In this document: piece after piece, positions 55,116-64,000 of the stretch | Position numbering within the stretch: the stretch's first letter is position 1 | How the letters are laid out: each line of letters opens with the position of its first letter | DNA from: Octopus sinensis | Taxonomy: Eukaryota | Reading direction: 5' to 3' | NCBI RefSeq assembly: GCF_006345805.1 | Contig: NC_042997.1 | Location: 160,208,001-160,272,000, forward strand | Length of the DNA stretch: 64,000 nt | The notes under the pieces: model-generated | Seen by the model: the letters and a program-made list of their open reading frames with translations, nothing else | Databases searched by the model: none | Told to the model about the DNA's origin: nothing | Translations under genes and position numbers: made by a program

Positions 55116-56949
55116 GTATACCATACACACTCGCGCGCTCGCAAGCACTAACATGCTCGTACGCAGATGGACACATACACACACACTTACAGAAGTCAAT
55201 AATAAATAGGGTTATCTTTGTATTGTGAAACTGTATTGTGAAACCAGTAGCTGGGCGTCATGAGAGTTTGAGAGTCGAAGAGTTGAGAGTCGACTGTTCT
55301 AGTCGGCGTCTTGTGGAGTTAACAGTGATAGTAAGTGAGAAGAAGTTAGTGTATTACTCCTCCAGTACGAAGAGATACAACGGTATCCGATGACTAGTAA
55401 CTATTGTGGTTACTAGCTTAAACAGCAACTACAGTACAACGGAAGTCACACATCACACCAGTGTGAGGAACCCACTTTATACTAGTTATATACAACCTTT
55501 TTACAACATGCATAGAATCCACAGAAGACATGGTAAAGAAAGCAAAATTGGATTGCAAACATACTTAGATTACTCCTAAGTATCACAGTTGGCTAACAGG
55601 AAAAAACAAGAGCAACAGTGTACAGATCGTTCATTATATCCATCATGCATTGTGGCAGTTCCCTCTGAGCTCCAACCTCCCGACAACAACTCACTTAAAC
55701 ATTCCAAGGAGACAGAGCTGTACCTCTGCACCATAAACTGCTCTATCCAATCTACATCTAGAGATCCAATCCACATCGAAATAATGAACATGTGAGAGAA
55801 ATACTTTGTTACCGTTGAAAAGTTCAATTCCCTCTGATCCTGTTAATACCTCAAAATCAACCATGATGTACAACTCCACAGAAAACGTAGCACCATAATG
55901 TTTTAAAACACTATCTCTCCAACAGAACCGAGTCAAACATAGAAACATATACACGACCGCCACTAGAATCTATGTGCTTATAGAAATAGATCGACCAACT
56001 GAGACATTGCAATATATCTTGATTGTTATATCGCAAACTATACGCCTCATTACTGTATGTCAGAATGTGCAAGTAGACGGAGACATAGTTTAACTAGGAT
56101 GACTTGTCTATCAGGCCATGTCGTTCATCCGAGTATCTTCATACTGTAAGACTACGCGAACAGCGAGACCTGAGACTAGACAATGAAAACAAGTTGCAAA
56201 CTGAAATTGCTGGATACTGTCTTACTGTTTACCGGCGAGCTTCTGGAATTATGATATTTCTTTAATTAAGCTTTCAAACCGTAACAGCAAACTGAATGCA
56301 GAGACCCCAACAGTCTCTCGGCTTTAGAATTTTTATATTATTATATTTCCCAGCTTCCAGATCTCTTGTTCGATATTCTGTGTATTGTGATAGTATTTGG
56401 TTATTTTAGTAAACGAATGATTTTTTCTTACTGAACCATCAAGGAAGTGGAGCATATATCTCTTATCTGAAGCCTCTCCAAGGCATTTGTTGGCATTTAT
56501 TGTTTTCCTTACAAAAGTTCAGTCGATCGGACAGTCACTTCAAGCTAACAAGTACACAATTACCACAAAACTGTGTCTCTGGAATATACGGAAGAACATA
56601 TTCAGTGTAAAGCATTTCTGGTAGTGTGTGGCGATGTTACTTCATAATCACAGTCCTCAAATCAAAATATCAAGTGCAAATGCGTGAATGAGGTTGGAAT
56701 TGATAATGGTGAAGATCTCTCGCTCGGCAGTTGGCCTGCAATACGACATGGTAGGATCGGTTGTCATCTAGTTTCTGCAGTACGAAAGAAACGAGGAAAG
56801 ATCCACTGAAGCAGGCTTGAATGCCACTCTGATGGAATGTAACATCCGACATGAACCTACCAGATTTTGCTTTACGGACAGATGGAGAGAGCTATGACAT
56901 GAAAATAAAATGTTTGATATCATTTGGCAGAAACTAAGTGACCAGGTAA

Positions 56950-57600
56950 GACACATTAGAAAGAAAGATTGATTAACTCAAGTACAGTTCGAAAAAATCA
57001 AACAGACGGAGAACGTAAGACAATATAAGACAGATAAATGTCAAATACACTCAAAACAAAGACATGGTGTTCAATTACCACGTATCACAAGACACCCCTA
57101 TGTGTACGGGAAACCAGAGTATGAATTTTTTGTTGAACAAATTATTGGCCGTTGGCTACATGATATTACCCAATCAGATGAAAGAAAAATGTTACTGTCA
57201 ATAAAAAGGCAATGAAGAATAAAATAATGAGATATAGATAGTTAATCAAGTCTTGGAGATGATAAAAAGTAGTGGTATCACCATGACCAACAAGTTAGTA
57301 TATATGCTGCAGCCGTGCTAGTAATAGAAGAACTTAGCATGAAGGTATCACAACCTCAAAAGAAAGAAAGAGAACCAAAGTGGAAAAGACGATTACAGGG
57401 ACAGGTAGACCAGTTGCAAAAAGATCTTGCATGGGTAGAGATTCTTAATCATGAGAAATGTATAAGACTGGATTTCAAGAAGCAATCAAAAGAAACTACT
57501 GGCTGAAACAAAAATTATAGAAGAGCAATGAAGAATTAAAGCAAAAGGATAAAAGTGAAAGCTGCCAAAAGTAAGAGACACGGCAACAGATTTGTTGGCC
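56950..57600 (+). mobile_element. R4/Dong-like LINE, N-terminal remnant
   Basis: TNKLVY(A)AAVLV...KKEREPKWKRRLQGQVDQLQKDL and EELKQ..KVKAAK..RHGNR. Confidence 0.6.
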
Positions 57601-59536
57601 TTTTTTTTTTCCCTGTAACCGATTCAAATTTTTTCTAGAATGGTGCCGACCGTCTCCAGTTCGGAGGCGTCCGACATCATGACATTATGTCGTCCGTGTG
57701 CGGAGACACTGCCCTTCCATGTCCCTGTTCGAATGGAATGCCCCTTAACTGTTTCAACTTCCGTAGCCAATACGTACAGACCGAGCGTGCAAACGGTTCC
57801 GATAAGTGGCTATTTACTTTGACCACTGAGCAGATGCCGCTCTGCATTGCGGCGATCCAGCTTCTGAAAAAGGGCCCGAAACCGATTGCTTTCAGGACAG
57901 CTTCCAAGCAGTGATGGTTGACTCTATCGAATGCTTGATTGATTGATTTAGTTTTATCCAAATTGAGCAGAGCACCCCGGAAGCCAGCTGTAGTGATACC
58001 CCTCTCTATAATGTATCGCGTAAGGTGGAGGTTGTCGTGGATAAGACCTGTTCAGGAATGTGCATGTTTGTGTTTCCCGACCAGGTGCCCAACGACTAGC
58101 GCCAATCCTTTCGTTAACACCTTGGCAAAAAGTCTTAAACTGTGTGTTTAGCAGAGTTATGGGTCAAAAATTCCTTAGTACGTCATCTCTGTCGGCGTTC
58201 ATCATCATCAGTGTAACCACATCCCAGCTAACAACACTTGGAATACTCTCGTCCTGTTGCCAGTTGCGCTGTACATTTGCTTAGAGGTCAACAAACAAAT
58301 CTGGTATGAACACATAGAATTCATAAGCTAGACCATCCAAACTGGATGATTTGTGACGTGTGCAATCGTTCATGACCTCCTGAATTTCTGTGGCTCTTAT
58401 CGGCTTTTCACATAAACTCATGTCAGCTGGTGAGAGCCGCTGTAAGCCGTGCGATTACTAACTAAAATTCACTATCGTCTTCGACCCATTTTCTCCACAA
58501 ACAGCTGCATAAAGTACTGCTGGAGAGTTGCACATATCCCCTCTGCGCCCAGTAGCACGCGCCTATCCTAATCAATCAAAGATTTGATCGCGATTTTGTT
58601 TACACGTCGCGTTTCACCTTTCGGGCCCACCGGACAGCTTTAGTTCCTCCTTGTTTGAGCGAACAGGCCTAAGGCCTGACAACGCAATCTTAGTGTTTCG
58701 CTGCTTCGAAGAAATAATCAAGGACCATTCTCACCGCTACTACATCGGTCACGATGCCCTTATTAGATACCTCATCTAATTTTATAGCTAGTTCACCTCG
58801 TAATCTCTTCCTTTCTATTGCTAACTCTTTGCTAAACGCTATCGATTCTGTTCTAATCACCCGCTTTAGGAACATCCACCACTGGTTGTTGTCGACTGCC
58901 ACTGCCAACTGCCGCTTAACTAGTTCATTAATCCGGCCCCTATAGTCTTTGCATGCAGTAAGAACGCATTTAACTTCCTGTAACTGGGTCCCTGTCTACG
59001 GGACTTACCTAACACGACTGTGCAGACCACAAATTTGTGATCTGTGTAGTCGACCAATTTAAATTTTGGACAACCTACGCCATCTCTCTCCTCTGATCTA
59101 ACAAATACTGTATCTAGATACGATCTGGACACCTATAGTAGTTGCTCCACATCCACACTGGCACATCATTGAAAGCTAGTCGATATCTGTCAGACAACTG
59201 AAAGTTTCTGAGCAGGTTTTCTAGGCCATAGCACCCACTTCTTCTATATACTAGCCCGACACAGTCAATCTGTGCATCTAAAGCACTATTCCAGTCTCCT
59301 AGTACTAATAGGTGAGACGTTCTCAGGAAAGCTTCAAGACGCTGAAGAGATTTGGCTCTCCAGACCTGTCGGGCCTTCCCTACCATTCTCGTCTAGGGCC
59401 ACCAACCTACTGTCTGCGTCCATAAATATTGCCCGTACTTTGAGACATAAGGACTTTTGGAATAATTTTGCTACTTCGCCGCCCACTCCCGACAAACCAC
59501 AGGATGAGAATAATGGGCGCTAACGCTCGCGAAACG
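57601..59536 (-). mobile_element. Tx1-like LINE ORF2 fragment (APE to RT), truncated at both ends
   Basis: GGEVAKLFQKSL..DSRLVALD, LVLGDWNSALD, SYLDTVFV..TDHKFV, AFDRVNH.CL..GFGPFFRSWI..VKVNSHLSEPF, VSPHTDDI; ends in an 11-nt A tract. Confidence 0.85.
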
Positions 59537-59950
59537 CTGCATAAAAGGATCACTGCCCAACTGGATGAATGGCTGTAGCACGTCCCTACCTGAATGACAA
59601 AAGAAGGAATGCTGCTATGTCTCGAGGATTTCTTGAAAGGTAACTTGACATCAAATTTTCGGCCTAAAATCTGTCTACCACCTATGTGGAAGCTTATCGA
59701 GGATGTCTAGGCGGAAAAGCTATATAATATTCTAGAAAGTAACAATCTACTTATATGAGAGCAGAAAGAATACAAAAAACAAAGTAGGGCAACAAAAGAC
59801 TACTAATTATTTGATAGAATGAGAATTAGTAATTGTAGACGCAGATTGATGGAACTGAGTGTAGCATGGTTAAGTTACCAAAAAGCGTCCATTGCCTTGT
59901 GGGGCTTCCAAAGGGGCGATTTCTAACAAATATTCTTCATATTTCGTCGG
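59537..59950 (+). mobile_element. R4/Dong-like LINE, RT remnant (continuation)
   Basis: LHKRITAQLDEWL, SNFRP..CLPPMWKL, LESNNLL..EQK..SRATKD.LLFD, AWLSYQKA (with frameshifts). Confidence 0.65.
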
Positions 59951-60004
59951 TAGATTCCTGGTGTAAGATTTCTGTGAATATGAAATTATCATATACATAT
60001 GGAA

Positions 60005-62316
60005 TGTGATGAGAATTTCTGGAACTGTATCCCATAGAAACTCAACAAAGTATTAAAGATGGTGAAGAGAACATGTTAGAATTTTAGAAAGAAGTTTAAT
60101 ATATGCATACGATCGGTTCGAACCGAAATGTTAACATGCAAATAACATGGTAGAATAATTGGAAATTAATTGAATTAAATTAAATTAATTACATATTACT
60201 GTAACCCTCAGTGCAAAAAAAAAAGAATGCATTAAAAAATTATTGTTTTTGTTGCAGAAGACTTGATAGAGGACGTAGCAAATAACATATTCGGATATAT
60301 ATATTTCTCCCTATGAAAGATCAAGAACAGACTAAGAAAAGTGTTGTTGAGTCTAGTTGTGAAAAAACCTAACTGATTCCGCCAACGGCTATTTGAAAAT
60401 ATATGTGAAAGATGTTATAGAAATAAAGATAGAAGTATAGTTGTCAATATTACAGAATTAAGATATTAAATACTTGCTGTTGCGAAAAATATTGAATAAT
60501 CCGTTCCAGGTAAATGAAATGGAAAAAGTTAGGTTTTCAAAAGGCTAACTAATTAACAATGTATGGGAGTTACAGCTGAGACAAATCGTAAGAATGTTTT
60601 TTCTAAATGTTATAATTATCGGTATTTAGTAGGTTACTATATTTTTGTATAAATAATAAAAATAAATTGAATGAGTTGAAGTTTATAGTTATATTATATA
60701 AATAATATTGTCTAACGGATATACGGTAATAGTGAATTGTGAATGTAAGAAAAAATTTGTTTTTCTTTATGAAATAAAAGGTGCAAATAAATATATTAAA
60801 AAATGGAAATAATTCATATATAAAAATGTTTCTATATTGTATACTGATACATTTACAGAAAACATATATGCAAGAAACTTATACAAGGGATTATATATGC
60901 TAGCTACATTTTAGTTATTTTCTTTGAGGGTGGGTGTGGCAGATAAAACACCGTACAGAGGTAAAGAGAATACTTTTACCAGTGTAAAGATAGGGCCCCC
61001 AAAAACGAATATAGGTATAATTATAAATTATAATTATAATTATAATTATCCACACATATGAAAGAAAGATATTATTATAAGCAATAATATATATGTTTAT
61101 TTGTATGTTAATAGGCAGCAATATTAATATTAATAATAATAATAATAATAATAATTTGCACCTTTTACCCCATAAATAAAAACAAATTTTTTCTTATATT
61201 CACAATTCACTATTACCTTATATCCGTTAGACAATTATTATTTATATAATGTTATTATGGATTTTCCACTTCCTTCATGCCAAACTGGATTCGCAATTCT
61301 TATTCTATTTTTGTAATTATTTATACATAAACATAATCAACCTACTAAATACCGATAATTGTAACTTTCTTTAAAAAACAGTCTTACGACTTTGTCTCAG
61401 TTTTATTTCTCCTACATTGTTAATTACTTAGCTTTTTGAATACCAAAAATTTTCATTTTCATTTTCCTGAACGGTTTTTTCAATACTTTTAGCTCCAGCA
61501 ATTATTTACTATCTTAATTCTGTAATATTAACAACTATACTTCTATTTTTATTTCTGTACCTTACATTTCATTCACACAAATGAATATAATTTTTTACAC
61601 TAATCTTTTTTGTATTATATAGTGGTATTCTCTAATAATTCTGTTCTTTTCGTTTGTATTCAAGTAGGCTAATTAAACCATATTAATTAGCTTTTATTTT
61701 TATTTTCGCACAAAAAATTGATATTTTAAAGCAATAGCTTCTTTAAATATACACCATACCTTATATTACTGACGTATTACTTATAACTGTCAAGTCATAT
61801 CCTAATTCAAATACAACTATGCTGTCCCATTGAACATCTATGCCTTACTTCTTTTGATAAATGCTTTATTGGAGTGAATATTACATTTCTTATTTTCATA
61901 TAGAGGGAATGTATCTTAAACATCTTTCATTTATATTTTCAAATAACCGTTGGCCGCATCAGTTTCAGTTTTTTCACAACTAGATTCAACAGCATTTTTT
62001 TAGTCTGCTCTTGATCTTTCATAAGGATAAGTATGTATATCCCAATATGTTATTTTTCTACTTCCTCCATCAAGTCTTCTGTAACAATAATGATAATTTC
62101 TTGAAACATTCTTTTTTGCATTGAGGAGAACAATAATATGAAATTAATTTAAGTTAAGTTAATAAATTTCTAATTATTCTAATTATCTGCATGTTATTAT
62201 TGCTGTGCGAAACGATCGTATGCATGAGTTAAAATTCTTTTTGAATTTTAAAATCTCTTCATCTTTAATAGTTTGTTCAGTTTGTAAGGGGTACATTTCC
62301 ATAAATTCTTATCACA
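60005..62316. repeat. ~2.3-kb foldback: long imperfect inverted repeat
   Basis: 60005-60790 is the colinear reverse complement of 61155-62316; the right arm has an extra ~330 bp at ~61570-61900; spacer ~360 bp. Confidence 0.85.
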
Positions 62317-62347
62317 AACCATAGTTATGTACATAAACATAAGTATA

Positions 62348-62458
<111 letters not shown>

Positions 62459-62519
62459 TGTGTGTGTTATATATTTGTTGTGCAAGATTTTTATGTGAAG
62501 TCGTGGGTTGAAACAGACA

Positions 62520-62883
62520 TTGTATTTCGGAATGGTCATTTTGCCAGTTTAGCCAATAAAAACACACGCACTATATATTTGGTGTTACTTTGCTTCAGTG
62601 TTATTTCTATTGGTTTGGTAATAGATATAGTAACGATCTCATTAATGGTGGTGATTGTGATAGGAGGGAGAAAATACAGGCGCACAAATATATACATACC
62701 TACAAACATACAAGAAAGCAAAGGACCACTGATGCGGTCACAGGAGTGTGACGAAAGAACTCTGGCCGAAATAAGATTAAGATTAATGTAAAAAATAAAT
62801 AACACTGAAGCAAAGTAACACCAAATATATAGTGCGTGTGTTTTTATTGGCTAAACTGGCAAAATGACCATTCCGAAATACAA
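62520..62883. repeat. Perfect 87-bp inverted repeat around a 190-bp spacer
   Basis: 62520-62606 is the exact reverse complement of 62797-62883 by eye. Confidence 0.9.
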
Positions 62884-62989
62884 CAATATATATATATATT
62901 ATTTATTCATATATTTATATTATATATACGCGCAAACAAATGTATACGTATATACACACATGGATATATCAACACAATTTGCGTAGCTA

Positions 62990-63400
62990 TAATTACATAT
63001 ATTGAATGTTTTTAATATGTAAATATTATTAGAAAAGATACCACTGGTGGGTCGCAAGGTTTTACAGAACATACAATTTTCCATCTAATTTTCAAACGTT
63101 CTTCGACTAGTATTACTAAATTCCCCTGGAAATTAAAAGACATTAATATAAGTTTTAAAATTAGATTTAAGATTAAATGGTCTGCAAATCCTCACCACCC
63201 ACTTGATAGAATTTGTCAACTCTGTACATCCGAACGCTATAATATTCTTTTTTTAGTAGAAAATTATTAAATGAGAGGATTAAAAAGTTCTCACCATTCT
63301 TACACACTCCTAAATATCTATTTGGTAAATATTATTAACCATTCCTTAAATATTAGTATCACTTATATTTAGGTCTAGTATTAACCATTTACTAAATTTG
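62990..63400 (+). mobile_element. Penelope-like GIY-YIG C-terminal remnant
   Basis: STSITKFPWKLKD..FKIKWSANP..ICQLCTSERYNIL..LLNER..KYL. Confidence 0.6.
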
Positions 63401-63465
63401 ATCCTTACTGAATTAGATCCTTGTTAGAACCAGAATTTATATCCATATTCTAATACATATAATAT

Positions 63466-63499
<34 letters not shown>

Positions 63500-63595
63500 C
63501 ATGTAATATTTTGAATTCGCCTTAAATGGTCCCTTTACATACTGAATACTTGATGGAATTGATTAATAATTAATTAATTTTACCCTCAATTGTTG

Positions 63596-63670
<75 letters not shown>

Positions 63671-64000
63671 CAGTAAATCATTCAATCTTATTTATTTCGT
63701 ACTATATATAAATAACATTCCCTTACCTTTAAAGTTATTGCATATCCGTTACGTTATTTCTTTCTTACTTTTCAACAGTAAAGTAAATTATAGAACAATT
63801 CATATTTTTTTGGTTATTTTTAAATTTAAATATCATAATCGATGTACCTACTAAATAGTTCCAATGTATTTTAGTAACCTATTGACTATTATACATAAAT
63901 TTAGATAGTTTGGATTTTTTCATATTGCATAATATGATATTCCTTCTTACAACCGAATATTCTCCAATTTACATATTAACATAGATAATATATAACAATT

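Noticed and set aside
55250-56900. Possible solo LTR or host exons (ORFs 55589-55795, 55691-55963)
   Set aside because: No TG...CA boundaries with TSD, PBS/PPT or recognisable domains could be established.

Overview
AT-rich eukaryotic (animal) genomic DNA with no sign of prokaryotic genes, operons or CRISPR. The dense (TA)n arrays and the tRNA-derived SINE families resemble those I recall from octopus genomes; that assignment is an inference, not a search result. Most of the window is transposable elements and microsatellites: two CR1/L2-like LINE families, RTE, Tx1-like and R4/Dong-like LINEs, several Penelope-like (PLE) remnants, a full-length hAT with TIRs and an 8-bp TSD, two Tc1/mariner elements, a piggyBac end, non-autonomous Helitrons, MITE/foldback elements and many SINEs. 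The only convincing host gene is a secreted PAN/apple-domain first exon (21105-21459), probably linked to a pseudogenised C-type lectin terminal exon (29967-30230). Most notable observations: (1) well-formed type I hammerhead ribozymes in PLE-LTR-like repeats, plus a candidate U3-A8 compensatory core variant; (2) a 5.7-kb composite Helitron insertion whose paralogous empty site is in the same window; (3) a covarying 3' stem-loop shared by a SINE family and a near-intact LINE; (4) several long inverted repeats, including a ~2-kb inverted duplication. All alignments and folds were done by eye, and most boundaries are approximate unless TSDs or termini are quoted.
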